Origin: a bacterium
GTDB taxonomy: Bacteria > UBA8248
Reading direction: 5' to 3'
Assembly: GCA_965261085.1 (NCBI GenBank)
Contig: OZ253442.1
Span: 3,104,001 to 3,168,000 of the forward strand
DNA length: 64,000 nt
A program made the translations under genes and the position numbers. The notes under the pieces were generated by a model. The model saw only the letters and a program-made list of their open reading frames with translations. It searched no databases and was not told the origin of the DNA. Of this stretch, positions 20,081 to 29,715 are shown piece by piece (the first letter of the stretch is position 1; each line of letters starts with the position of its first letter).

Positions 20081-21025
20081 ATGCTTGACGATGCAACAAA
20101 ACAAGAACTGAGAGAAAAACACTACAACGCAACAGTCATGGATATCGTCTGGCAGCATGAGACGCTCGCTTGTTTTCGCGTAAAGCCCGATTTCGACTTT
20201 CCCCAATACAAATCAGGTCAATATACGACTCTGGGCCTGGGTAACTGGGAGCCTCGGCACGAAAACGCCGTCAAGGAAAAAGAACTCGACGAGAAAAGAA
20301 TCAGGCGAGTGGGCAGGCGCGCTTATTCCGTGTCCCATCCGGTGGTCAATGAAGCGGGAGAATTATATCCACCGGAAAATTTGGATTTCCTGGAATTTTA
20401 CATCGTCATGGTCATCGGCGAGGAAGGTGAGCCCGCGCCTCTTCTCACCCCAAGGCTTTTTCTCCGGAAAGCCGGCGATCGCGTTCACATGGGACAAAAA
20501 TTCACCGGTGAATACACGCTCGATTGCATGAACGATATTCGGGATGACGAAAACTCTCTCGTCGTCTTCGCAGGCACGGGGACGGGAGAGGGTCCGCACA
20601 ACCATATGATATGGGAGCTTCTTCGCACGGGCTACAAAGGCCAAATCGCCAGCATCAACGTCGTGCGATACAAAAACGACCTCGCATACGAACCCCTCTA
20701 TAGAGAACTCGAGAAGAATTACCCCACCCTCTCATATCACGCGCTCACCACGCGCGAGGCAGATACCATACACAACAAAGTGTATGCGCAGGATTATCTG
20801 GCCTCGGGCGCATTTGAGGAAAACATCGGCCGCAAGATGGACCCTTCGAACACGCATCTGTTCTTGTGCGGAAACCCCGCCATGATCGGCATCCCCAAAG
20901 TTCGTGAAGGCAACAAGATATGGCCGGAAGGCGCGCGGGGTGTTATTCAGATCATGGAAGATCGCGGCTTCACGATGGACTATGGCCGGACGAAGGGAAA
21001 CATTCATTACGAGAAATACTGGTAA
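20081..21025 (+). CDS. Ferredoxin--NADP+ reductase
   Basis: GQYTTLGL, RRAYSVS, LTPRL, GTGTGEGP, LCGNPAMI, C-terminal EKYW. Confidence 0.88.
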   Translation: MLDDATKQELREKHYNATVMDIVWQHETLACFRVKPDFDFPQYKSGQYTTLGLGNWEPRHENAVKEKELDEKRIRRVGRRAYSVSHPVVNEAGELYPPENLDFLEFYIVMVIGEEGEPAPLLTPRLFLRKAGDRVHMGQKFTGEYTLDCMNDIRDDENSLVVFAGTGTGEGPHNHMIWELLRTGYKGQIASINVVRYKNDLAYEPLYRELEKNYPTLSYHALTTREADTIHNKVYAQDYLASGAFEENIGRKMDPSNTHLFLCGNPAMIGIPKVREGNKIWPEGARGVIQIMEDRGFTMDYGRTKGNIHYEKYW

Positions 21026-21081
21026 GACCTGCGTTTCACACATCACCTCGGCGCAAGTAGACGCGATAAGCAGGAGAACCC

Positions 21082-21861
21082 ATGCCCGATTTCATTTATG
21101 AAGCCGAGGGCGCACTTTCCACCTTGAAGTTCAACAGAAAAGATGTTCGCAACGCCATCAACGAAGAAATCATGCAGGGCCTCTCCGATACTCTCGACAT
21201 CCTCGAAGCATCGCGCGATCTAAGAGCCGTCATCCTCACAGGCGCGGGCGAGGAAGCATTCTGCTCGGGTGGCGACCTGAAGTGGCTCCAGTCTTTTGAA
21301 TCTCATGATGAGGGAATGGGCATGAGCAGGCGCATGCAGGGAATACTGGGGCGCCTGTCTGCGCTGCCGGTACCCGTCATCGCCGTTTTGAATGGATACG
21401 CTTTGGGCGGCGGGACCGAAATCGCCATGGCCTGCGACATGCGGATCATGGAAGAACATACTTACATGAGTTTCAAGCAAGCTCGCGTAGGTCTCATGAC
21501 GGGCTGGGGAGGCGGCGGGCGCCTCCTGCGTGCCATCGGATATGGGCGGGCGATGGAATTATTGACCACATGTAAAGAGTTGTACTCGGAAGATGCGCTG
21601 GAGATGGGACTCGCCAATGCCGTAGTCCCAAAAGGAGACGGGCTTCGTGTCGCCAAAGCGATGGTGAGAGAAATTTCCAAAAGCGCTCCGGGAGCAATCC
21701 GTTCGATAAAGGAATTGCTCTTATTCGGATTAGAAAATACACTAGATGAAACGACGAGCCAGGAATCATCACGATTTGCGGATCTTTGGGTATCAGAAGA
21801 TCATGATGAGGCGGTAAAAGCATTTTTTGAAAAGCGAAGCCCCGTTTTCAAGGGGAGATAA
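21082..21861 (+). CDS. Crotonase-superfamily protein (enoyl-CoA hydratase-like; ECHDC1-like features)
   Basis: RNAI, FCSGGDL, NGYALGGGTEIAMACDMR, FKQARVGLMTGWGG, AFFEKR.P.FKG. Confidence 0.88.
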   Translation: MPDFIYEAEGALSTLKFNRKDVRNAINEEIMQGLSDTLDILEASRDLRAVILTGAGEEAFCSGGDLKWLQSFESHDEGMGMSRRMQGILGRLSALPVPVIAVLNGYALGGGTEIAMACDMRIMEEHTYMSFKQARVGLMTGWGGGGRLLRAIGYGRAMELLTTCKELYSEDALEMGLANAVVPKGDGLRVAKAMVREISKSAPGAIRSIKELLLFGLENTLDETTSQESSRFADLWVSEDHDEAVKAFFEKRSPVFKGR

Positions 21862-21868
21862 GCACGAA

Positions 21869-23455
21869 ATGACAAATGATCCTCAGCCGGTAAAAACACG
21901 CTCAGGCCTCGCCGTTGAAAATACCTACTGTCCTGAGGATATGCCCCAGAACTATAACCCGGGCAAACCAGGCGCCTACCCTCTCACGCGCGGCATTCAC
22001 CCCGAGATGTACAGGAAACGTCTCTGGACGATGCGCCAGTATTCTGGATTTGGAACCGCCGAAGAAACGAACCAGCGATACCGCTTTTTGCTCGACGAAG
22101 GAAACACCGGACTATCCGTCGCGCTCGATCTCCCAACCCAACTGGGACTCGACAGTGACGATGCAAGGTCAGCCGGCGAAGTCGGTAAAGTCGGCGTTGC
22201 CATCGACTCACTTGCTGATATGGAAACCATTTTCCAAGGCATCCCGCTCGATAAGATCAGCACGTCTTTCACCATTAATTCAACGGCCGCTATTCTATAT
22301 GCCATGTACATTGCGGTTGGGAAGAAACAAGGTGTTTCGCCCTCTCAGCTAACCGGCACCATTCAAAACGACATTTTGAAAGAATACGTTTCTCGCGGCA
22401 CATGGATATTTCCGCCCGAGCCATCTCTCAGGCTGATTGTCGATACCATTGAATACGGTGTGAAAAACACCCCGAGGTTCAACACCATTAGTGCTGCGGG
22501 CGCTCATTTCAGAGATGCAGGCGCAACTGCCGTCCAGGAAGGCGGCTTTACCCTCGCAGACGCAATCGTCTACGTGGAAAGATGTCTGGAGCGCGGACTT
22601 GATATCGACGAGTTCGCCCCCAGGCTCAGTTTTTATTTTTACACCCACATGGATTTTTTCGAAGAAATCGCCAAATACCGCGCCATGCGGACGCTTTGGG
22701 CCAAAATCATGCGGGAGCGCTTTGGCGCCAAAAACGAGAGAAGCTGGCTTTTTCGCTTCGGCGTCGTTTGCGGCGGCAGCACGCTCACCGCGCAAGAACC
22801 CGAGAACAACATCGTCCGAGTCACCTACGAGGCGCTGTCCGCCGTGCTCGGCGGCGCCCAAACCATCTTTACTTGTGCATATGATGAAGCGCTCGCGTTA
22901 CCAACTGAGGAAAGCGCTCTCCTCGCCCTGCGCACTCAGCAGATCATCGCTCATGAAAGCGGCGTGCCCGACGTGGCGGATCCTTTCGGTGGCTCACATT
23001 ATCTGGAAAATTTGACTGCTCGTATGGAAGGCGGGATGGCGCAAATTATCGAAGATGTGGAAGAGCGCGGCGGCATGGTCGAGTGCATCCAGCAGGGCGT
23101 GGTGCAAAGGTGGATTGCAGAGAGCGCTTTCCGCTGGCAAAAAGCAGTGGATGCACAAGAACGGACTATCGTTGGCGTCAATAAATATGTGCGTGAAGAG
23201 CCCCCTGCTCAAGAGATATTCACGACTGACCCTAAACTTGAAGAACGTCAGAAGAAACAGCTGAATAAATTGAAGTTAGAGCGAGATTCCTCGCAGGTGG
23301 AGAAAAGCCTCAAGCGACTCGATGATGCCACCAATGGAGATGTAAATCTCATGGAAGCAATTTCCGAAGCGGTGGAAGCATATGCCACTATCGGGGAGAT
23401 AACGGATGTGCTGCGCGGGGTTTTCGGAGAGTTTCAAGAGCCCGTGGCTTTCTAA
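21869..23455 (+). CDS. B12-dependent acyl-CoA mutase large (catalytic) subunit, methylmalonyl-CoA mutase family, divergent active site
   Basis: YPLTRGI, WTMRQYSGFG, GLSVALDLPTQLG.DSD, GEVGKVGV, QNDILKEY, YDEALALPTE, ATIGEI. No fused B12-binding domain. Confidence 0.9.
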   Translation: MTNDPQPVKTRSGLAVENTYCPEDMPQNYNPGKPGAYPLTRGIHPEMYRKRLWTMRQYSGFGTAEETNQRYRFLLDEGNTGLSVALDLPTQLGLDSDDARSAGEVGKVGVAIDSLADMETIFQGIPLDKISTSFTINSTAAILYAMYIAVGKKQGVSPSQLTGTIQNDILKEYVSRGTWIFPPEPSLRLIVDTIEYGVKNTPRFNTISAAGAHFRDAGATAVQEGGFTLADAIVYVERCLERGLDIDEFAPRLSFYFYTHMDFFEEIAKYRAMRTLWAKIMRERFGAKNERSWLFRFGVVCGGSTLTAQEPENNIVRVTYEALSAVLGGAQTIFTCAYDEALALPTEESALLALRTQQIIAHESGVPDVADPFGGSHYLENLTARMEGGMAQIIEDVEERGGMVECIQQGVVQRWIAESAFRWQKAVDAQERTIVGVNKYVREEPPAQEIFTTDPKLEERQKKQLNKLKLERDSSQVEKSLKRLDDATNGDVNLMEAISEAVEAYATIGEITDVLRGVFGEFQEPVAF

Positions 23456-23581
23456 CCATCTCACCACGCCCGTCCGCTTGCCCGACCGGGCAAAACACGG
23501 AATAATCACCATCAAGAAAAATAACCAAAAATATGAATTCAGAATCCTAAATGGCATATTCATCGGAGGTATGCAGAAAAA

Positions 23582-25450
23582 ATGTGGACAGACGCCAAAA
23601 ACGGGAACAACTCGGCAACTGATTACAAGTACAGAAGCGCTACTGTTGATCTCGACAGTGGAAACATCACGATCGAAGATAAATTCTGCGGGGATTTGGA
23701 AGATTTTCTAGGCGGGATCGGCAGAATTTTCAAGATTCTTTCCCACCACGATGTATCCGACCCCTACGCCCCCTCCTCCCCTCTCGTCATGGAGCTTGGC
23801 TGTTTTTCTGGTACAAACCTGATGACGGGGTTACGGGCTTTCTTTGGCGGCTATAGCCCGCTCAAGAGCACGCTCGCCGGTGCGCCTTCGGCCATGTATT
23901 CGGCGGGCTCCGGTAAATTCGGAACCAAGGTAGCCTGTGCCGGTATAGATGAAATCATCTTTACCGGCAGAAGTGAAAAGCCCGTCACACTGGTGATTAA
24001 GAGCGATGCCCTCGGCGGTCCTGCTCACTTGGAACTCGTGGATGCCGCACCCCTCCTGGGCAAGGATTCGCATGAGAAAATCATGGCGCTCGCCGGTGAA
24101 TATGACGACGCGCATTTCGCCGTTATCGGCCCGCCGGGGGAGAATTACGAAACGAACCGCATGGCCTCCATCGTCTTGAGCACGGAAAACCAGCTTAAAA
24201 CGAACGAGTGTAAACCGAGATTCTGTGGGCGTGGGGGTTTTGGAGGCGTAATGGGCTCCAAAAACCTCATCGCCATCGTCGCGCAATCGCCCGACGACAA
24301 GTCAGCCGTCACGAATGTCGTCAAAGAAGCGAACAAGGTCATCTCCCGAGGCGCCGGCTCTAAAAACTATCGCGATGCCCATAAAGCAGATGGCGGCGGC
24401 GGCACATGGCGAAATATCGCGGGTCTACACCCCATGGGCTGTCTGCCCGAGAGAAACTTCTGGGCTCCGGGGAATGATGATGCAGTGCAACTCTATCGCG
24501 GCAGTTTTGAAGAACCCTACGTGATTAAGGATGAATCCTGCTTCAAATGCGGCATCGCGTGCCACAAAAACATTTACGACAGGCCCGAAGGAGAAACTGC
24601 CGAAGGAAGAAGAGCCAAAAAAGGTAAATTCAGGGTCAAGTTCGACTATGAGCCACTCGATCTCATCACGGCGAACTGCGGCGTCTACGATGCGGAAGAA
24701 TCTCTCGAGCTCGTCGAACTGGGTGACCGCATGGGCTACGACGCCATCAGCCTGGGCGCCACCGTCAGCTACGCGATGGAGTGGAATGAGGGAAATCCCG
24801 ACAAACCCGTGCTTGACGACATCCGCTTTGGCGATGCCAAAAAGATGGACGAATTGATCCGAAAAGCAGCAGCGGGTGAGTGTGAAGAACTGGCGCAAGG
24901 CACTATGCGCCTGGCCCAGCAATGCGGCGACCTTTCCTTCGCCATGCAGGGCAAAGGCCTCGAATACCCGGCCTATCTGCCCGAAACCAACCCAGGCTAC
25001 CCTTGGGCGCTGGCCGGTGGCCACATGAGCATGCGCACGTTCTTGCTTCTCATACTGGATGGCCAGCAAACAGATATCGATTATTGGGAAAATGCCATCC
25101 TGAACGGCATCTACTATACGAGGGATGACCTCATCGGCACCTGTAAATTCGCAGGCGCGCCCAATGAAAATATCGTCGATAGCTTAAACGACATGTTCGG
25201 CCTCTCCTTGACGGAAGAAGACGTAAACCAGGCCATTAGACGCTCATACTTGAGAGGGCGTTTGCTGGAGAAAAAAGTGGGCTATACCGATGAGGAATAC
25301 GATGTGCCCTCCCGCGTGTATGAAGGGGCGAATGAAAACGTCAAAATGCCCAGCTTCATGACGCGCGAGTTCATGGATGAACTGAAAAAACGAACCGAGG
25401 CGAATTGGGACAGGCTCACGGAGGAGGAAGGCATCGCCCTTCCCGCCTAA
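23582..25450 (+). CDS. Aldehyde ferredoxin oxidoreductase (tungsten/molybdopterin AOR) family protein
   Basis: SPLK, GRGGFGGVMGSKNL, CFKCGIACHK, DYE, DRMGYDAIS.G, KGLE.PAY, IGTCKF. Confidence 0.88.
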   Translation: MWTDAKNGNNSATDYKYRSATVDLDSGNITIEDKFCGDLEDFLGGIGRIFKILSHHDVSDPYAPSSPLVMELGCFSGTNLMTGLRAFFGGYSPLKSTLAGAPSAMYSAGSGKFGTKVACAGIDEIIFTGRSEKPVTLVIKSDALGGPAHLELVDAAPLLGKDSHEKIMALAGEYDDAHFAVIGPPGENYETNRMASIVLSTENQLKTNECKPRFCGRGGFGGVMGSKNLIAIVAQSPDDKSAVTNVVKEANKVISRGAGSKNYRDAHKADGGGGTWRNIAGLHPMGCLPERNFWAPGNDDAVQLYRGSFEEPYVIKDESCFKCGIACHKNIYDRPEGETAEGRRAKKGKFRVKFDYEPLDLITANCGVYDAEESLELVELGDRMGYDAISLGATVSYAMEWNEGNPDKPVLDDIRFGDAKKMDELIRKAAAGECEELAQGTMRLAQQCGDLSFAMQGKGLEYPAYLPETNPGYPWALAGGHMSMRTFLLLILDGQQTDIDYWENAILNGIYYTRDDLIGTCKFAGAPNENIVDSLNDMFGLSLTEEDVNQAIRRSYLRGRLLEKKVGYTDEEYDVPSRVYEGANENVKMPSFMTREFMDELKKRTEANWDRLTEEEGIALPA

Positions 25451-25471
25451 GATCATCAATATCAAAACAAG

Positions 25472-25513
25472 AAGACGTCTCATCAGGTGCTTCCTGGCGG
25501 GGCGTTTTCATTT
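25472..25513 (+). terminator. Possible intrinsic terminator after the AOR gene
   Basis: Imperfect hairpin AAGACGTCTCATCAGG/CCTGGCGGGGCGTTTT followed by a T-rich tail, between convergent genes. Confidence 0.35.
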
Positions 25514-25549
25514 CATCAAACCCTGTTGAATTCTCTGGCTACGTGGAAT

Positions 25550-26254
25550 CTAGATACCCCGCTTGTCCCCCCACAGCATGACATGCAGCCTGGGAGTGAA
25601 GCGAAAGCCTCGATTCATCGAAGCCTCCGCCAAGGCGAACAATCTGTGCTCCATCTGCTCGCGTGTTTTGCCACCCGGGGATATGATGATGCGACTTCGC
25701 GGGAAATCACCAAGACCATATTTTTCAAGAACTACTTCGATTTCATCGAGTTCATCCGTCCGGTGAACCACGAATTTGAGGTAGGGTTCTTTGGCCTGGC
25801 GAAGCCAGTCAAGGGTTTTCGGCTGTTTTTCCTCTGATATTTGGGCCGACTGTAGTTTAGGCGAGACATTCCACTGATTCACTCGCTTGAGGGCGTCTTC
25901 AGGTGGCGGAATGTGCCCGGCCGTTTCCACTTCCACTCTCAAGCCTGCACGATGAAGCGACTCGATAAGCACTGAAAATTGCGGGGATTCCAGAGGCTCT
26001 CCCCCTGTCACCACCACTTGGGCGCCTTCGTGTTCCTCGCAAAAATCCAAAATTTCGGAAAGCGTTTTTTCTTCCAGCGGAGGACCCGCCCATGAATACT
26101 TCGTGTCGCACCACACACAGCCCACTGAGCAGCCCATCAGGCGAATAAATACTGACGGCCGGCCGATGGTGGCCCCTTCTCCCTGCAAAGAGAAAAAAAG
26201 CGGATCCGCGAGTGGTACCTTCAAATCCGCTTTTCCCTTTATTTCGATCATCAC
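25550..26254 (-). CDS. queE: 7-carboxy-7-deazaguanine synthase (radical SAM)
   Basis: FFSLQGEG...G.PSVFIRL.GCSVGCVWCDTKY, VVTGGEP, VET.G, VSPK, R.TPRLH..LWG. Confidence 0.92.
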   Translation of the reverse strand: MMIEIKGKADLKVPLADPLFFSLQGEGATIGRPSVFIRLMGCSVGCVWCDTKYSWAGPPLEEKTLSEILDFCEEHEGAQVVVTGGEPLESPQFSVLIESLHRAGLRVEVETAGHIPPPEDALKRVNQWNVSPKLQSAQISEEKQPKTLDWLRQAKEPYLKFVVHRTDELDEIEVVLEKYGLGDFPRSRIIISPGGKTREQMEHRLFALAEASMNRGFRFTPRLHVMLWGDKRGI

Positions 26255-26329
26255 GCCAAGTCCGCTTCTTCGCTTTTGGTCCGCAAATTCTCAACCCGAG
26301 AGCAAAAAGAGCGAGAACCTCCGGATCAA

Positions 26330-26617
26330 CTACCCCAACGCCGCCGCAACGATAAGCGCCACGCCAATGAAAATCGCGCCCACGACGATTCCGACCGCCC
26401 TGTTTTGATCTTTCGACAGCGCATCGTTCACCGAGAATGGCGTGATCCACTCGAATATCTTGTAGCCGATCATCAGCAAAGCGATGCCGATCAGGCCATA
26501 GACAATCGAAAGAAACAGACCCGTGCCGACCCCCATGCGAGGCGCGCCTTGGGCGAGGGCCACGGTGGGCGTCATCAGACTCAAAGCGGCTGGAATCGCG
26601 AACTTTTTCATGTGCAA
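26330..26617 (-). CDS. DUF350 family small membrane protein
   Basis: YGLIGIALL..GYKIFEWITPF...L..DQNRAVGIVVGAIFIG. Confidence 0.85.
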   Translation of the reverse strand: MHMKKFAIPAALSLMTPTVALAQGAPRMGVGTGLFLSIVYGLIGIALLMIGYKIFEWITPFSVNDALSKDQNRAVGIVVGAIFIGVALIVAAALG

Positions 26618-26642
26618 ACTCCTTGTTAAGTGAAGGAAAGGC

Positions 26643-27074
26643 TCAACGTCGAGACATCATTCTCAAAATAAAAATCAGGATGAGGGGAAAGAGAAGCATC
26701 CGGCCCAGACCGAATAGACCAAGCCCGCCGAATCCCCATCCCCCCAGAAGCCCCAAACCCATGCCCATGCCAAAGCCACCCAACCCGCGCCGCCCAGCAG
26801 ACCTTTGGCCGTAGCCCCGGCCATAGCTTCGTCTTGAAAAAGAACGCGCGCCGAAAGAACGCGCTCGCCCGAATCCGCCAAACGACATGCCGCCGCCGAA
26901 GCGTCTGGCCTCCGCGATGGATGGATGAAGCACAAGGGCGGCAGTGATGGCGGAGATGCCCACGGCGCCGCGCACGATGGGCGGCAGCGAAACGGAGGCA
27001 AATGTAATGAATGCGCCCGCAACAATGGCTGAGAGATAGCAAACAGAGCGAAACAAATACGGCGTTGTTTTCAA
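26643..27074 (-). CDS. Gly-rich membrane or exported protein resembling the N-terminus of bacterial Tim44-domain proteins
   Basis: AEARRFGGGMSFGG..RSF, then GLGGFGMGMGLGLLGG and a hydrophobic C-terminal helix. No Tim44 domain follows; start uncertain. Confidence 0.5.
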   Translation of the reverse strand: MKTTPYLFRSVCYLSAIVAGAFITFASVSLPPIVRGAVGISAITAALVLHPSIAEARRFGGGMSFGGFGRARSFGARSFSRRSYGRGYGQRSAGRRGLGGFGMGMGLGLLGGWGFGGLGLFGLGRMLLFPLILIFILRMMSRR

Positions 27075-27151
27075 TGCGGCCTCGCATCAGGGGCGGTCAA
27101 AACGACGGAAGCAGCCTAGCAGGGCGCGCGCAATTTCTCAATCACTCGTTT

Positions 27152-27931
27152 TTAGTCCCATTTCCTGCCCGGCATGTGATTATAGACGCTATTCAGGATG
27201 CCGCCATCGATATCGAGGCGCGAAGCCGTAATCCAATCGGATTCCTCGGAGAGCAAGAACAAGATGCCGTGCGCGATATCCACGGGCTGGCCCACACGGC
27301 CAAGGGGCGTCACGTCGCTTCTGCCTTTTTTGATTTCAGGGTCTTGCAGATAGGCGGTGAGCGGCGTTTCCGTATGGCCGGGACAGACGGCGTTCACGCG
27401 AATTCCCTTCCGCGCCCATTCGATGGCCAGCTGTTTGGAGAGCATGATGATGCCCGCCTTCACCGTGCTGTACGCGCCCGACATCCCGTAAGGCTGAACC
27501 CCGGCATTCGAGGATAAATTCACCATAACGCCCGGCCTTTCGTTCTCTATCAGCCAGCGCCCCGCCGCCTGCCACATCAGGAACATGCCCGTAAGGCCTA
27601 TATCCAGCACCATCTTCCAACTCGCCAAAGACAAATCGACCAAAGGGGCGGGGTCCATCTTGATGGCGCAGTTCACCAGATGGTCCAGACCGCCGAACTC
27701 GCTCACCGCGCGCTCCACCGCCGCCCGGCAAGAAGCCTCATCCGTCACGTCGAGCCTTTCGAATACCGCTTTATCCTTCCCCAGCTTGGCTTCCAGTTCG
27801 ACGCCCAACTCCTCGTTCACGTCGCCGATGAGAACGCGCCCGCCCTGCTCCACATACATTTCACACGTCTTGGCGCCGATGCCCCGGGCGCCCCCCGCTA
27901 CGATGCAGACATCTCCATCAAAACGGCCCAT
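27152..27931 (-). CDS. Short-chain dehydrogenase/reductase
   Basis: AGGARGIG, YSTVK (YxxxK), VNAVCPG. Confidence 0.92.
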   Translation of the reverse strand: MGRFDGDVCIVAGGARGIGAKTCEMYVEQGGRVLIGDVNEELGVELEAKLGKDKAVFERLDVTDEASCRAAVERAVSEFGGLDHLVNCAIKMDPAPLVDLSLASWKMVLDIGLTGMFLMWQAAGRWLIENERPGVMVNLSSNAGVQPYGMSGAYSTVKAGIIMLSKQLAIEWARKGIRVNAVCPGHTETPLTAYLQDPEIKKGRSDVTPLGRVGQPVDIAHGILFLLSEESDWITASRLDIDGGILNSVYNHMPGRKWD

Positions 27932-27946
27932 GTTCCACCTCCTCTC

Positions 27947-28753
27947 TCAAGTCGTTTTATAGTCTATTTTCCTGCCGCCCCAGTTTCGCCCGGGCGTATG
28001 AATCATCTTGCTCTCCACCTGTCCCCCGTCGATTGGCAGGTTCGCCGCCGTGATGTACCTCGCCCGATCCGAGAGCAGGAACACGCAGCCTTCCGCGATA
28101 TCCTCAGGCGTGGCCACGCGCCCCATGGGCACCACGGCGGCGCGTCCCGCCGCGAGCTCCGGGTCCTGGAACATGGCTTCCGTCATCGGGGTGCGCACCT
28201 GGCCCGGAGAGACGGTGTTCGCGCGAACGCCGCGCCCGCCCCACTCCACGCCGAAAAGCTTGCTGAGCATGATGGCTCCCGCCTTGCACACGCTGTAAGC
28301 GCCCGCGAGGGGGTAGGTCTGCATACCGCCGATGGAGGACACGAAAACAATAGACCCTTGCCCCTTGTCCAGCATTACCCTTCCCGCCGCCTGAGCGCAG
28401 AGGAAATAGCCCTTGAGGCCGATATCCATCACCATGTCCCAGTCGTCCTCGGGCAGGTCTTCCAACTTTCCCGGCACGAGCTTGATCGCGCAGCAAACAA
28501 GGCTGTCTATCGTTCCGAAGGCGTCGATGGCCTCCGCCGCCATGCGCTCGGCATCGGCTTTTTTCGAGGTATCCATCTCGATCAGGAGCGCCTTGCCGCC
28601 TTTCTCCTCGACCATGGAAACCGTCTCGGCCGCGGTTTCGGGGTTGATGTCGGCCACGGCGACGTCCGCTCCCTCGGCGGCGGCGAGGACGCACGTGGCG
28701 CGGCCGATGCCGCTGCCCCCTCCCGTCACGATGACCTTCTTGCCTTCGAGCAT
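27947..28753 (-). CDS. Short-chain dehydrogenase/reductase (paralogue of the neighbouring gene)
   Basis: TGGGSGIG, YSVCK, ANTVSPG. Shares CAIK..P..L.DL and a C-terminal H.PGR.W with the neighbour. Confidence 0.92.
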   Translation of the reverse strand: MLEGKKVIVTGGGSGIGRATCVLAAAEGADVAVADINPETAAETVSMVEEKGGKALLIEMDTSKKADAERMAAEAIDAFGTIDSLVCCAIKLVPGKLEDLPEDDWDMVMDIGLKGYFLCAQAAGRVMLDKGQGSIVFVSSIGGMQTYPLAGAYSVCKAGAIMLSKLFGVEWGGRGVRANTVSPGQVRTPMTEAMFQDPELAAGRAAVVPMGRVATPEDIAEGCVFLLSDRARYITAANLPIDGGQVESKMIHTPGRNWGGRKIDYKTT

Positions 28754-29192
28754 GGTGAAAAATCCCCCAAAGATTGATTATTCAATATGTTATGACTCAT
28801 CAAAGCGATATGGACGGCATCATACGCGAGAGTCGCCTCCCGGGCCAGCCTCATCCGGTCCGCTCGTGAATGAATTATATATCTATATAGATAACAATAT
28901 GTTACCGCATATATATGATATTTATTCGAGGGTCCGGAGGCGCATTTTTCTTATCAGATAAACATCGTCAATTTATCGAAAAACGTCGTGAATTTATCGT
29001 ATTTTATCGAATTGTTCATTTTAGATTTTTGATTTTGGATGGATTCGCCGGCGCCGCTCACGCCCGCCCGAGGCGTCTTTCCCGCCTCGCGCTCCCTCCC
29101 GCGCTTACAAGAAGGGAGCCGAACTATACGTGCGCGCCCGAAATTCCCCTGCTCCGCAAATGCGGGCAAATGCGCGCCGCCGCACGGACGCA

Positions 29193-29612
29193 TCACTCTT
29201 CGTTCCCGTCTGGCGCTTGAACCCGCCACACCTGAATGAGCGACCCGACGATTCCCCTCGGAGCCGGCAATATCGTGATGATGAAAAACAAGCCGATGAC
29301 CAGAATCGCCCGTTCGGTATGTTCGCCCAGAAAATCGTTCAGGTAATGCACGAAGCTCGCGCCGACGAAAGGCCCGACGAGCGTTCCTAGCCCGCCGACG
29401 ACCGACCAGATGACAATTTCTCCCGAGTGAATCACGTCCATCTGCTCGGTGCCGATGATGCCGTTTTTCAGCAGGGCCAGCACCCCCGCCGCCGAGGTGA
29501 AGAATCCCGAAACGGCCGTGTTGAATATCTTATAAGCGTTCACGTTATAGCCGAGATAAGCGACGCGCCGCTCATTCTCGCGAATGCCCATGAACACCAG
29601 TCCGACGGGCGG
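29193..29612 (-). pseudogene. C-terminal fragment of a branched-chain amino acid ABC permease (LivM-like)
   Basis: GIRENERRVAYLGYNV..YK, VVGGLGTLVGPFVGA, PRGIVG. The N-terminal half is missing; upstream lies AT-richer DNA leading into mrr. Confidence 0.75.
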
Positions 29613-29715
29613 GATTTGAGTATCTCGATTATTCTCAGGATACAACCATACAAATTGACAATCATCACCCACCGTCTCATAAACGATGGAAACAAAAACG
29701 AAGAGGAGAGATGAA

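Noticed and set aside
23456-23581. Moco/tungsten-cofactor riboswitch before the AOR gene
   Set aside because: Short A-rich leader with no recognisable multi-stem riboswitch structure.
26255-26330. preQ1 riboswitch upstream of queE (GGAGGTTCTCGC on the minus strand)
   Set aside because: No proper closing stem with the A-rich 3' tail required for class I; resemblance is superficial.
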